DNA of 64,000 nucleotides from positions 1,036-65,035 of the forward strand of contig JAUVIR010000004.1 of assembly GCA_030592645.1 (NCBI GenBank), in the 5' to 3' direction. Shown one piece after another: positions 29,829 to 39,370 of the stretch; position 1 is the stretch's first letter, and every line of letters begins with the position of its first letter. The translations under genes and the position numbers were made by a program. Source of the stretch: Candidatus Fermentibacterota bacterium (GTDB lineage Bacteria > Fermentibacterota > Fermentibacteria > Fermentibacterales > JCC-6). The notes beneath the pieces were generated by a model, which worked only from the letters and a program-made list of their open reading frames with translations, had not been told where the DNA came from and made no database searches.

Positions 29829-30830
29829 CTACCTCCCTCCCTTAAGCAGGGTTTTCTTGTGAAAACCTCCCGCGAAGAACGCGATGTTACCCATTATGAT
29901 AAGCAGAATTATGAGTATGTGTGCTGCTGACTGAACATCCATGCCTCGAAAGGCTTTGTCTGTAGATGGAGTGATTCCGTTTTCGGTAAGAAGAACCTCG
30001 TACTCCGCTGCTCCCCGGAGACCTCCCATCTGGCCTATCACCTGTCCTGCCTGAAGGTACGGGAAGTAATCCGTAGCCATGACGGCTGTAAGACCGAAAG
30101 CTATCGGTAGCCCCATCTTTTCCCGTGCGTAGGTGACCCACCATACGCAGGCACCTGAGCCTGAGCTGGTCAGAGCCATGTCCACTTCCCTGAGGCTCTT
30201 GTGTTCCTGCAGCATGGGCATTTCCCCGGTAGAGTTTCCATGTGCATCGACCGGGTACTGCGTTTCTATGGAGACGGTCATTCCAAGTATCACGAGGTTG
30301 AAGACCGGAGCGTAGCCTAAGGCTGCGTAATCCCTGCCTTCGAAAACCCATCCCAGGGCTCCTTCTGGCAGCTGATTCCCCTGGTTCTCCCAGGCCTCAA
30401 TCAGCTCATACTTTCCTGTAACTCCCGCCTCGCGAAGATCCTTCCAGTCCTCGAAGTCAACATCCTCATAGAATCCTTCCGTGGTAGGATTGAAAACGTA
30501 CTCCATAGCGGCAAGCATCATTCCGTGATGCAGAGGATAGTTCGCGGTCATGAAAACTGGAATATCGTTGTAAAAGGCATGCCGCATAACGGCTACAGCC
30601 ATCGGCATATTCTCAGCCGACGTTCCGGGCGCAAAGTCGAAACTGATGAAGATAGCGTTATCGGAGCCGAGTTCATCGACATAATCGTAAATGCTCTCGA
30701 CTTCCCTGGTAGTTCTTACAGGCATTCCGAAGTTGATAAAGAACGGAACTATTGACACGACACCTATTCCAAGGAAGATCCAGCGCCGGTCAATGTTAAG
30801 CATTTTTTCCCAGATATTCACGGCACTCAC
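29829..30830 (-). CDS. Uncharacterised membrane-anchored alpha/beta protein (DUF6754 operon subunit C)
   Basis: N- and C-terminal TM helices around a soluble domain; DRRWIF, PYLQAGQ, GGLRGAAEYE, MDVQS. Confidence 0.85.
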   Translation of the reverse strand: MSAVNIWEKMLNIDRRWIFLGIGVVSIVPFFINFGMPVRTTREVESIYDYVDELGSDNAIFISFDFAPGTSAENMPMAVAVMRHAFYNDIPVFMTANYPLHHGMMLAAMEYVFNPTTEGFYEDVDFEDWKDLREAGVTGKYELIEAWENQGNQLPEGALGWVFEGRDYAALGYAPVFNLVILGMTVSIETQYPVDAHGNSTGEMPMLQEHKSLREVDMALTSSGSGACVWWVTYAREKMGLPIAFGLTAVMATDYFPYLQAGQVIGQMGGLRGAAEYEVLLTENGITPSTDKAFRGMDVQSAAHILIILLIIMGNIAFFAGGFHKKTLLKGGR

Positions 30831-31475
30831 CTACTTCCCTGCTCCGCCGAGCCAGTTGCGCTCGACACCGAAGATTATTTTTAGACTGGTTGCCAGTATA
30901 CCGAAGCCGACACCCAGCATGATTGCACGTTTAGCTGCAAGGTTGGGATATCGGAGAATCCAGAGCCCGGTTTCCGGCAGCCATCTGCCGAGAAGTTCTC
31001 CGATCGGTACCTGGCCCAGCATTACAACCACTGCTGCAAGCAGCAGTACTGTGGCAAGAGCCGATTTAGCCCTGAACGCCCGGAAGGCAGCACTTGCGAT
31101 GTAGAAGGCCAACAGGCTGAACATGGTTGCCTGAATAGGCACCTGTATGTGCATGAAGATGAAGTGGAAAATGCTGGGAGAATCCATCCCTCCACTGATG
31201 GATTCGGGCCATAAGTGTGCAAGAATCGGCATCCCGAATAATGGTATCAGAACGGCATAGCTGTACTGCCAGTTCTTTGCCTTTCTCCGTATCTTGTGTG
31301 AATGTATTCTAGTGAGACTTCCGACTCCGAGTACAAGCGCGAACGCAACAATTATTGGAGTCCAGTCCGTGTAGTATGCGAATACGGTCTGCGATATCTG
31401 GTGTGGAATGAAATACTGAAGCATCATCAGTATTCCGCCCACCATTACTATCATAAGCGGAACAGTTCTTTTCAC
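30831..31475 (-). CDS. Uncharacterised polytopic membrane protein (DUF6754 operon subunit B)
   Basis: About 6 TM helices; TMFSLLAFYIASAAFRAFR, RAIMLG, GVER. Confidence 0.85.
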   Translation of the reverse strand: MKRTVPLMIVMVGGILMMLQYFIPHQISQTVFAYYTDWTPIIVAFALVLGVGSLTRIHSHKIRRKAKNWQYSYAVLIPLFGMPILAHLWPESISGGMDSPSIFHFIFMHIQVPIQATMFSLLAFYIASAAFRAFRAKSALATVLLLAAVVVMLGQVPIGELLGRWLPETGLWILRYPNLAAKRAIMLGVGFGILATSLKIIFGVERNWLGGAGK

Positions 31476-31499
31476 TGCTCTATCTCCTTTCTGGTGGGC

Positions 31500-32759
31500 T
31501 TACTCCATAATCGGACTGGTTACAAGATCACGAAGCCAGTCCAGGATGTGAGTGTTTGCTACAACATCAATTATGCCGAATATCAGAGCAACCGTTATGA
31601 AACCCATTATAATGCCCTTGCAGGCATCCTGTCCCTTCAGGGCACCAATCTGTTTGGGCTCCTGGCCAAGGTACGCACTGGCTGCATAGAGTTCCTCGCC
31701 TATCAGCGTATAGTCACATGTGGTTATAAAGAATGGCAGCTGTGTGACGGCGTCGGTTCCGGCTATCTGAATAGCACCTGACAGAGAGCCCGTCTCTGCC
31801 AGAAGGAGCGATTCAGCCCAGAACATGCCGAGGTAGAAGTTCGTAGCCGGCTTCTCCCTCATCATCATGCCGTTGACTCCAGCGACAAAGGCGAACTGAC
31901 TTGTTGTGAGGAAGAAAACCGAATCAGGATCGTAAGCATCTGGACGCCCGGCTTCAAGATAAGCCTGTTTTACCACTTCCTCGGCTACCGTAAACACGAT
32001 AGGATCACGATTGGGTACAATGAGCGGCGTCTGATATACAGCTATCTTCTTGGCGACTCTTCCCAGAATGGTGAGGCTGGCGATAGTGGCCACATCTGCT
32101 ATGCTGGAAAGCCCCGGAACGTATAGGATCGGCTTACCCATCTCTGTTGCGCGGCCGATGGCTTCATCAATGGCCTCTATACCGGCTATCGGTCTGAGGT
32201 ACATTTTCGCGCCTCTCTGAGCCTTGGCGAAATAGTAGAAAATCAGAAAGATGAACAATCCTCCGGCAATGAGTACTCTTGTTTTACCGGTGTGGTAGAT
32301 TTCGCCCACCGAGACAGTACCTGCCTCGAAGACGGGTCCGAAGAATTCTTCACCATCAATGTTTACAGATGCTATTCTGTATTCGTACAGAACTCCCGAG
32401 TTGATAGGATACTCAGGATCGTAGCCATCGATGAATTCCGGCGGTTCATCCGCAGGGATAATCTCTACCAGATTCCAGGCTTCTGCATCTGATTCACCAG
32501 CAACACGCCGGTAAACATTGTAAGCGAAGATACCATCTGTATACAAAGGCTGCTCAAAAGATACAACCAGCAGGTCTCCGGCATCGTTTTTCCTATCCAG
32601 CACTGTAATCGTGCCGGGCACATCAAGTCCGGGATCAGGTTGCTCCAGCTGTACTTCTGCTGCCGGTGTCAAGATTTCGTCAACGCTCTGAGCAACTGAC
32701 AAAGCAGGCAGCAGAAGGAGAATCATGAGGGCTGGAACAACTATCCAGTTTTTCCGCAT
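31500..32759 (-). CDS. DUF6754-like membrane protein with signal peptide and FN3-like domain (subunit A, paralog 1)
   Basis: Signal peptide, DRKNDAG..YNVYRR..YEYRIAS FN3-like region, TM helix, same core as 26136..27302. Confidence 0.82.
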   Translation of the reverse strand: MRKNWIVVPALMILLLLPALSVAQSVDEILTPAAEVQLEQPDPGLDVPGTITVLDRKNDAGDLLVVSFEQPLYTDGIFAYNVYRRVAGESDAEAWNLVEIIPADEPPEFIDGYDPEYPINSGVLYEYRIASVNIDGEEFFGPVFEAGTVSVGEIYHTGKTRVLIAGGLFIFLIFYYFAKAQRGAKMYLRPIAGIEAIDEAIGRATEMGKPILYVPGLSSIADVATIASLTILGRVAKKIAVYQTPLIVPNRDPIVFTVAEEVVKQAYLEAGRPDAYDPDSVFFLTTSQFAFVAGVNGMMMREKPATNFYLGMFWAESLLLAETGSLSGAIQIAGTDAVTQLPFFITTCDYTLIGEELYAASAYLGQEPKQIGALKGQDACKGIIMGFITVALIFGIIDVVANTHILDWLRDLVTSPIME

Positions 32760-32791
32760 GGATCCACCTTTCAGTTGAATGATCTTATTCT

Positions 32792-33700
32792 TTACTCGAA
32801 AAATTCGTTAATCTTACGGGCCACTTCGGCACCCACACGCTTTGAAGCGGCGGCACTTCCGGCTCCGATATGAGGAGTAGCCACGGTTTTTTCGTATTCC
32901 GCGAGGATATTCCCTTTGGCAGGTTCCTCTTCGTAAACATCGACTCCCGCAGCGAATACCTTCCCGGACTTCATAGCTTCAAGCAGAGCGGCTTCGTTTA
33001 CCGTACCCCCTCTTGCGCAGTTCACTACTATCACTCCATCCTTCATCATATCGAACTGAGGAGCGTCAAGCAGGTAATGTGTTTCCTTGTTGTGGGGAAT
33101 GTGAAGGCTGATGAAATCGGACTCTTTGCAGAGAGTATCCAGATCGACCTTCCGCGCGCCCTCTTCGTCATCTATAAAGGGATCAAAGAAAATGACGTTC
33201 ATCCCGAATGCCTTTGCTCTTTTGGCAACTTCCTTTGAAATGCGTCCGAATCCGATAAGGCCAAGCGTTGAATTCCAGAGTTCCTTGCCCTTACCGTAAG
33301 CTTTTTTGTTCCACTCACCATTTTTCATCGTGCAGTTCGCAGGACCTAGAAAGCGGCTGCATGCCAGCAGGTGGGCCATCGCAAGTTCGGCTACGGCAAC
33401 GCTGCTTGCAGCAGGTGTGTTCTGTACCGATATACCAAGTGCAGCAGCATCATCAAGGTCGATGTTATCAAGTCCAACTCCGCCGCGGACGATAAGTTTA
33501 AGATTTCCTTTTGCCGCTACTTCGAGAACGGGCTTTCTGACCTTTGTCGCGCCGCGCACAACCAGAGCGTCGAACTGAGGAGCGGTTTCCATCAGCTCAT
33601 CGACTGACATGCCTACTTTCTCAACGACTTCATGTCCGCCTTTTCGGATTGCATCCAGAGCGTCCTGGGCAACCGTGTCACAGATGAGTACTCTTGCCAT
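32792..33700 (-). CDS. D-2-hydroxyacid dehydrogenase (SerA-like, lacking regulatory domains)
   Basis: RGGVGLDNID, GLIGFGRI, NCARG, DVYEEEP, TPHIGA. Confidence 0.9.
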   Translation of the reverse strand: MARVLICDTVAQDALDAIRKGGHEVVEKVGMSVDELMETAPQFDALVVRGATKVRKPVLEVAAKGNLKLIVRGGVGLDNIDLDDAAALGISVQNTPAASSVAVAELAMAHLLACSRFLGPANCTMKNGEWNKKAYGKGKELWNSTLGLIGFGRISKEVAKRAKAFGMNVIFFDPFIDDEEGARKVDLDTLCKESDFISLHIPHNKETHYLLDAPQFDMMKDGVIVVNCARGGTVNEAALLEAMKSGKVFAAGVDVYEEEPAKGNILAEYEKTVATPHIGAGSAAASKRVGAEVARKINEFFE

Positions 33701-33761
33701 TTAATTCCTCCTGTTTTCATTATTTGAATAAGGATTCGCAACGTATTCCAAGATATTAAGC

Positions 33762-33790
33762 ATACTACAGGTGAGCCGGATTCAAGTCAA
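33762..33790 (-). promoter_or_regulatory. Sigma70-type promoter upstream of the dehydrogenase/membrane operon
   Basis: TTGACT-N17-TAGTAT; AGGAGG SD before ATG 33700. Confidence 0.65.
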
Positions 33791-33838
33791 TAACAGAGGG
33801 TGTTTCGCAGCTGTTATTCGTTCCTGCGAAGGCGGTTT

Positions 33839-34771
33839 TCATTGCAGCATCCTCTTCGCTTTCTCTGCTATTGCTATTGCGGTAAGTCCATATTTTTCCA
33901 TTACACGTTCCGGAATCCCGCTTGTACCGAAAGTATTCTGCATGGCAACGGTATCTACGGGAACAGGCAGCTCCCGGCAAAGGGTCTCTGCCACTGCCCC
34001 GAACAGGCCGCCTGTTACCTGGTGATCCTCCGCCACGACAACGGCTCCTGTCTTCCCTGCCTGTCCAACAAGAAGTTCCCTGTCAAGAGGTTTCACCGAA
34101 ATCATATCGATAACCCCTGCTGAGATGCCCATCCCCCCGAGAATGGCTGCCGCTTCAATGGACAAACTTACCATGGCTCCGCAGGCAACCAGTGTTATAT
34201 CAGAACCATCTTTCAGCAGATTCCCCTTACCTATATTCACTTTATCATCAGAGGTGTAAATCTGGGGAACCGGATTTCTTCCGAAGCGGATGTAAACGGG
34301 ACCATCAGCTTCCAGAGAAGCAATAACCGCCGCGCGGGTCTGGTTGGAATCCGCAGGAACCAGTACTTTCATATTAGGAAGTACCCGCATCAGCGCCACA
34401 TCCTCAAGAGCCTGATGTGTTGCTCCGTCCGGTCCCACGCTTACTCCGCCATGAGCACCGGCTATGCGGACATCAAGGTTCATATAACAGATACTCGTCC
34501 TGATCTGATCCCACGCGCGGCCGGCTAAAAACACGCCGTACGTTCCGACGAATGGGATGAAACCCTCCAGAGCGAGGCCTGCCGCTTCTCCCAGCATATC
34601 CTGCTCGCTTACTCCGAGGTTGAAGAACCTGTCAGGAAATTCCTCTCCGAATGAAGCACTCCCGATTGATCGGGAAACATCACCTTCGATAACAACAACA
34701 CGGCTGTTCTCTCTACCCGCCTGCAGTATCCCTTCGACATACCCTTCCCGCGTTGGTTTCAGATCATTCAT
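33839..34771 (-). CDS. Transketolase, C-terminal subunit
   Basis: GVSEQ, RAWDQIR, GPDGATHQ, GPVYIR, EDHQ..GG. Confidence 0.93.
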   Translation of the reverse strand: MNDLKPTREGYVEGILQAGRENSRVVVIEGDVSRSIGSASFGEEFPDRFFNLGVSEQDMLGEAAGLALEGFIPFVGTYGVFLAGRAWDQIRTSICYMNLDVRIAGAHGGVSVGPDGATHQALEDVALMRVLPNMKVLVPADSNQTRAAVIASLEADGPVYIRFGRNPVPQIYTSDDKVNIGKGNLLKDGSDITLVACGAMVSLSIEAAAILGGMGISAGVIDMISVKPLDRELLVGQAGKTGAVVVAEDHQVTGGLFGAVAETLCRELPVPVDTVAMQNTFGTSGIPERVMEKYGLTAIAIAEKAKRMLQ

Positions 34772-35595
34772 GAAAGGCCTCCCCGGATCTCCCCGACGGC
34801 TGCATCGTACTCCTTATCATCCGGGCATCTGCCATGCCACAGGAATGTATGCTCCATGAATGAAACACCTTTTCCCTTCACCGTATCAGCGATGATAACC
34901 GATGGGAACGGGGTTTGTGCGCAGTGCTCGAATGCCTTTTCTAAGGAGGGAAAACTATGCCCATCGGCGACTACCACGTCCCATCCGAACGCCAGCCACT
35001 TATCAACAAGCGGCTCTATCTCCATAACCTCCGAAACCGTTCCATCCAGCTGTATCCGGTTCCGATCGACAATAGCTGTAAGTTGTTTCAGATTGTAGTG
35101 GGAGGCGGTCATTGCCGCTTCCCAGATACTTCCCTCCTGCAGCTCTCCATCACCCAGCAGGCAGAAAACGCGGCTCTCCCTGTCATCCAGCTTCATGCCG
35201 TGGGCAATTCCGCACGCGAGAGAGAGACCCTGTCCGAGGCTTCCCGTGGAGGCATCCAGACCGGGAAGAACATGCATGTTGGGATGGCCCTGAAGCCTGG
35301 ACCCGAGTTTTCTGAACGTCAGAAATTCTGCAGGATCGAAGTAGCCCTTTCGGGCGAGAACCGAGTACAATGCGGGACAGGCATGACCCTTGGAGAGAAT
35401 GAACCTGTCTCTCCCTGTCCAGCGGGGGTCCTCAGGACGGATTTTCATTACATTCCAGTAAAGCTCGACAAGTGTCTCAACCGCTGAAAACGAACCGCCT
35501 GGATGGCCGCTTCCCGCAGCCCTTATCATCTCGAGAACATCCAGTCGGACCTGCAGAGCCAGGTCCTGCATTTGAGCGTTATCCAACATATGCAA
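34768..35595 (-). CDS. Transketolase, N-terminal (TPP-binding) subunit
   Basis: SGHPGG, DRFILSKGH, GSLGQG, GDGE...N TPP motif. Confidence 0.95.
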   Translation of the reverse strand: MHMLDNAQMQDLALQVRLDVLEMIRAAGSGHPGGSFSAVETLVELYWNVMKIRPEDPRWTGRDRFILSKGHACPALYSVLARKGYFDPAEFLTFRKLGSRLQGHPNMHVLPGLDASTGSLGQGLSLACGIAHGMKLDDRESRVFCLLGDGELQEGSIWEAAMTASHYNLKQLTAIVDRNRIQLDGTVSEVMEIEPLVDKWLAFGWDVVVADGHSFPSLEKAFEHCAQTPFPSVIIADTVKGKGVSFMEHTFLWHGRCPDDKEYDAAVGEIRGGLS

Positions 35596-35613
35596 ACCTC
35601 ATAAGGATCTGAA

Positions 35614-36249
35614 CTACTTATTCCAGTCGGAAAGGAATTTCTCCAGTCCTATATCTGTCAGGGGATGCTCCACAAGCTTCCTTACAACCGCAGTGGGAAC
35701 CGTAGCTATATGGGCTCCTGCCAGCGCTGCCTGCTCGACATGCTGTGGATGCCTGATGCTGGCGGCGATAATTCTGGTCCCGAATCCATGAAGGTCGTAT
35801 ATCTCGGCAAGATCGGCTACAATCTCCATACCGGGGATTCCGATATCGTCCAGTCTACCAACGAAGGGACTGACAAAAGATGCTCCAGCAAGGGCTGCTG
35901 TGTACCCCTGAGCCGCAGAGAATACCAGAGTAACATTACACCGAATTCCCTCCTTCTCAAGAATTGATACTGCCGCCAGACCCTCTTTCCCCATGGGTAT
36001 CTTGACGACCACGTTTTCGTGCCACCCGGCATTTTCCCTTGCCTCTTTCAGCATTCCTTCTCTCTCCGTGCTTATAACCTCAGCGCTTATGGGGCCATCT
36101 ACAATATCACATATCTCGCCGATGACTTCTCTGAAATCCCTGCCCTCCCTGGCAATAAGTGACGGGTTCGTCGTTACTCCGGACAGTATGCCCCAGGCAG
36201 CGATCTCTCTTATCTCCTCTACGTTCGCTGTATCAAGAAACAGTTGCAT
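35614..36249 (-). CDS. tal: Transaldolase, short TalC/MipB type
   Basis: FLDTAN, GVTTNPS, VKIP Schiff-base Lys; SAEV and SPFVGR indicate transaldolase rather than FSA. Confidence 0.9.
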   Translation of the reverse strand: MQLFLDTANVEEIREIAAWGILSGVTTNPSLIAREGRDFREVIGEICDIVDGPISAEVISTEREGMLKEARENAGWHENVVVKIPMGKEGLAAVSILEKEGIRCNVTLVFSAAQGYTAALAGASFVSPFVGRLDDIGIPGMEIVADLAEIYDLHGFGTRIIAASIRHPQHVEQAALAGAHIATVPTAVVRKLVEHPLTDIGLEKFLSDWNK

Positions 36250-36259
36250 GATTTCCCTT

Positions 36260-38434
36260 TCAATCGAGGTCTGTTATTGACCCTTTCTGTTTTATCACGG
36301 GAATAGGTACGTATCCCGTTACCAGTGTCTTCGGTTCATCAAATCCGAAATCGACTGTTATCCTCCATTCAGATCCGTTCCTCACCGCTTTTTTCACAAG
36401 TCCTCTGCCATATCTTGGATGTCTTATGAGATTACCGCTGCTGTAAGAAATACTGCTGTCATTCGCATCCGTGATGTCATCCTCGAGGGTTCCCGAAGAG
36501 AGCACTGCCTTCGGAGGCTGTATCCTGTTCTCACCGCTTGCGATCTCAGTTATGAACCGGGATGGGCCCGATTGTGATACTCCCGCTCTTCTTCTGTTCA
36601 GAGCACATGTCAGTACCAGCCTTTCGCGGGCTCTTGTCATCCCAACATACAGGAGTCTTCTTTCCTCTTCCATGTTGGACGGAGCATATTCTCCCGGTCT
36701 GATGAACGGGAGCATTCCCTCCTCCAGCCCCGCTACAAAAACAACGCTGAATTCCAGGCCTTTTGCGCAATGAAGAGTCATAAGGGCAATTTTACCGCTG
36801 TTCTCTCCCTCGTACTCGTCAACGGTTGTTGCCAGACTGATGTCCGTCATGAAACCGGGCAGGTTTCCCTCCCGAACAGTCTGATCGTATTCCGATACAC
36901 TTCTTCGGAACTCGGCGATATTCTCAAGGCGTGTCTGATCGGTGATATCTTCCGTTTCGTACTGCGCTGCAAGGCCAGTAGCATCGATAAGGCTGTCGAC
37001 AATATCTGAAGCTGACATGCCGCCTGCAGTATTCTCACCGGCCAATCTGAACCATTCTCCAAGCCTCTTGAGTTCCTTCGCAGCTCTGGGAGCGATACCG
37101 CTGATACTGCCGGAGATAAGCATCGCATCCACAGGATCCATTCCCTTCGAATCCACGAATGAGAAAAAGGATGCTCTGCCTTTCGCTCCAAGACCTCTTA
37201 CAGGTTTGTTGATTATCCGCTCCAGACTGAGGCGGTCGTCATGGTTGATAACAACTCTCAGGTAAGCGATAATGTCCTTGATCTCCATCCGTTCATAGAA
37301 TCTCTGGGATCCCACAACTTCGTAGTTCACGCCGTGCTTTCTGCATGCGGTCTCGAACTGACGTGACTGAGCGTTCGTCCTGTACAGCACTGCAATTGAA
37401 TCGGATGGGCATGTGCCGTCCTCCATCAGTTCCATTATCTCCTTCAGTATCCACTCGGCCTCTTCGATTTCATTGTAAAGAGATCTAACGGTTATCGGAT
37501 GACCTGCATCCTTCTTTGTCCAGAGGGTTTTCCCGTGTCTTCTGAAATTGTGATTCACCAGTGCAGAAGCCCCCCGCAGAATATTCCCGCTGGACCTGTA
37601 ATTCTCTTCCAGTCTTATGATCCTGGTTCCGGGGAAATCCTTAGAAAATTCAAGAATATTCTCTACGCAAGCTCCCCTCCATGCATAGATGGACTGATCG
37701 TCATCACCTACTACACAGATTCCTGCACCATCTCTGGAGAGTTCTTTCAGAAGCTCATGCTGCACTTTATTGGTATCCTGATACTCATCGACCAGAATGT
37801 ATGAAAACCTGGAAGAATAGAGTTTTCTTATGTCACTATTTTGACGAAATATGCTCAGTACTCCCGTCAATAAATCGTCAAAATCGAATGCTCCTGATGA
37901 TTTCAAACGCTCCTGATATTTGAGATAAACTTCGGCAAGATCAGTCTCAGCAGGGCGTGATGCCTGGAGGGCCGCTTCCTCCGGCGCAATACCTTCGTTC
38001 TTATTCCTTGAGATGTATCCCTTCGCAAGACCGGGGGTAATTTTCGTAGAGAAATTCATCCCTTTCAGAAGCCTTCTGATCAAGGTTTTCTGATCGTCCG
38101 CGTCGTAAATAACGAAATTCTCATTGTACCCGAGGCAGTGGGCTTCGCGTCTGAGAATCCAGGCGCAGATGGAGTGGAATGTTCCAAGCCTTACTCTGGA
38201 GCCTTTTCCCGGAAGCATGTCTTCAACTCGTTCTCTCATTTCCTGGGCGGCTTTATTCGTGAAGGTCATGGCAAGAATTTCCCATGGTTCCGCGTAACCC
38301 TTCCCGATAATGTGCGCTATTTTTGCCGTAAGAACCCTGGTTTTGCCGCTTCCGGCTCCAGCGAGTACTAAAAGAGGGCCTCCTGTATAATCTACAGCTT
38401 CCCTCTGTCTGGGATTCATTTGATCTTTACTCAT
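36260..38434 (-). CDS. pcrA: UvrD/PcrA ATP-dependent DNA helicase
   Basis: [43 protein letters not shown]-terminal Tudor-like HPRYG. Confidence 0.92.
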   Translation of the reverse strand: MSKDQMNPRQREAVDYTGGPLLVLAGAGSGKTRVLTAKIAHIIGKGYAEPWEILAMTFTNKAAQEMRERVEDMLPGKGSRVRLGTFHSICAWILRREAHCLGYNENFVIYDADDQKTLIRRLLKGMNFSTKITPGLAKGYISRNKNEGIAPEEAALQASRPAETDLAEVYLKYQERLKSSGAFDFDDLLTGVLSIFRQNSDIRKLYSSRFSYILVDEYQDTNKVQHELLKELSRDGAGICVVGDDDQSIYAWRGACVENILEFSKDFPGTRIIRLEENYRSSGNILRGASALVNHNFRRHGKTLWTKKDAGHPITVRSLYNEIEEAEWILKEIMELMEDGTCPSDSIAVLYRTNAQSRQFETACRKHGVNYEVVGSQRFYERMEIKDIIAYLRVVINHDDRLSLERIINKPVRGLGAKGRASFFSFVDSKGMDPVDAMLISGSISGIAPRAAKELKRLGEWFRLAGENTAGGMSASDIVDSLIDATGLAAQYETEDITDQTRLENIAEFRRSVSEYDQTVREGNLPGFMTDISLATTVDEYEGENSGKIALMTLHCAKGLEFSVVFVAGLEEGMLPFIRPGEYAPSNMEEERRLLYVGMTRARERLVLTCALNRRRAGVSQSGPSRFITEIASGENRIQPPKAVLSSGTLEDDITDANDSSISYSSGNLIRHPRYGRGLVKKAVRNGSEWRITVDFGFDEPKTLVTGYVPIPVIKQKGSITDLD

Positions 38435-38514
38435 GCAATATTTCTAACTGGCAAGAATCTTGCTTTCCTATAAGGTGTTCGGTAAATAATACAAAAGTAT
38501 TCGGAGATTTTCAA

Positions 38515-38604
38515 ATGAAGAAACCTGGATTGAAAAACTGGCTGATCGTCACTCTCGCAGTGGTTGTTGTGCCGGCTTTTGCTCTCGTTATACTGCCGGT
38601 CTGA
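38515..38604 (+). CDS. Putative 29-aa single-TM small protein MKKPGLKNWLIVTLAVVVVPAFALVILPV
   Basis: ATG with GGAG SD 8 nt upstream; fully intergenic; basic N-terminus then a hydrophobic helix. Confidence 0.5.
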   Translation: MKKPGLKNWLIVTLAVVVVPAFALVILPV

Positions 38605-38652
38605 TCCCCTCCCTGACCGGCTGTAGAAAGCATATTGTGATCCAGGATACGA

Positions 38653-38685
38653 GCAGGCAACTGGTTGACCCCTCCAGTTGCCTGC
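38653..38685. terminator. 12-bp perfect hairpin between the small ORF and convergent deoC
   Basis: gcaggcaactgg-N9-ccagttgcctgc; no strong U-tract on either side. Confidence 0.55.
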
Positions 38686-38712
38686 GCTAATATCCAGGTT
38701 CGAATGGTACCA

Positions 38713-39366
38713 TCAGACATCCAGAGCCTCGATTATGTCGATACTTCTGCTGCAGCCCAGCCTGGAGGCTCCCGCCTCTATCATCACAAGAGCATCTCCA
38801 AGAGTTCTGATCCCGCCTGAAGCCTTAACACCAAGGGTTTCCCTTACAGTATCGCGCATGAGAGTGACATCAGACACAGTGGCTCCACCGGTGCTGAAAC
38901 CGGTGGAAGTCTTAACCCAGGAAGCACCGCTGTCCATAGCGATCCTGCATGCAAGGATCTTCTCTTCATCCGTCAGAAGACAGGTCTCAATAATAACCTT
39001 GACAGGCTTCTCCGCAGATGCGCGGACAACGTCCCGGATAGAGGCTGAAGCTTCCCTGATATTGCCGTCCTTCAAGTGCCCTATCGGAATTACCATATCC
39101 AGCTCACCGGCTCCGAGGGCTACAGCTTCTGCAGCTTCCTGTGCCATGCAGTTTGTTGCGCCGAGGGGAAAGCCTATGACGGAACAGACTATCGATCTTT
39201 CATTCCTGAGAATCTCAGAGGCGAGAGGTACCCACAGAGGATTAATGCAAACGGAATAGAAACCGTAATTGATCGCTTCCTCGCACAGTCTTTCAATATC
39301 TCCCCGAACAGCATCTGGTCCCAGAAGTGTGTGATCGATAAGTGAGGCGAGTTCTGACCGGTTCAA
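38713..39366 (-). CDS. deoC: Deoxyribose-phosphate aldolase
   Basis: IDHTLL, VIGFPLG, KVIIET, VKTSTGF, VKASGGIR; TTG at 39366 with GGAAGG SD. Confidence 0.95.
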   Translation of the reverse strand: MNRSELASLIDHTLLGPDAVRGDIERLCEEAINYGFYSVCINPLWVPLASEILRNERSIVCSVIGFPLGATNCMAQEAAEAVALGAGELDMVIPIGHLKDGNIREASASIRDVVRASAEKPVKVIIETCLLTDEEKILACRIAMDSGASWVKTSTGFSTGGATVSDVTLMRDTVRETLGVKASGGIRTLGDALVMIEAGASRLGCSRSIDIIEALDV

Positions 39367-39370
39367 GGAA

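Noticed and set aside
33839..35595. Split transketolase as a frameshifted pseudogene
   Set aside because: Two-subunit transketolases are common, and the genes have a normal ATGA overlap.
38511..38720. 69-aa minus-strand ORF
   Set aside because: Nondescript sequence antisense to the better-supported plus-strand small ORF, and it runs through the hairpin.
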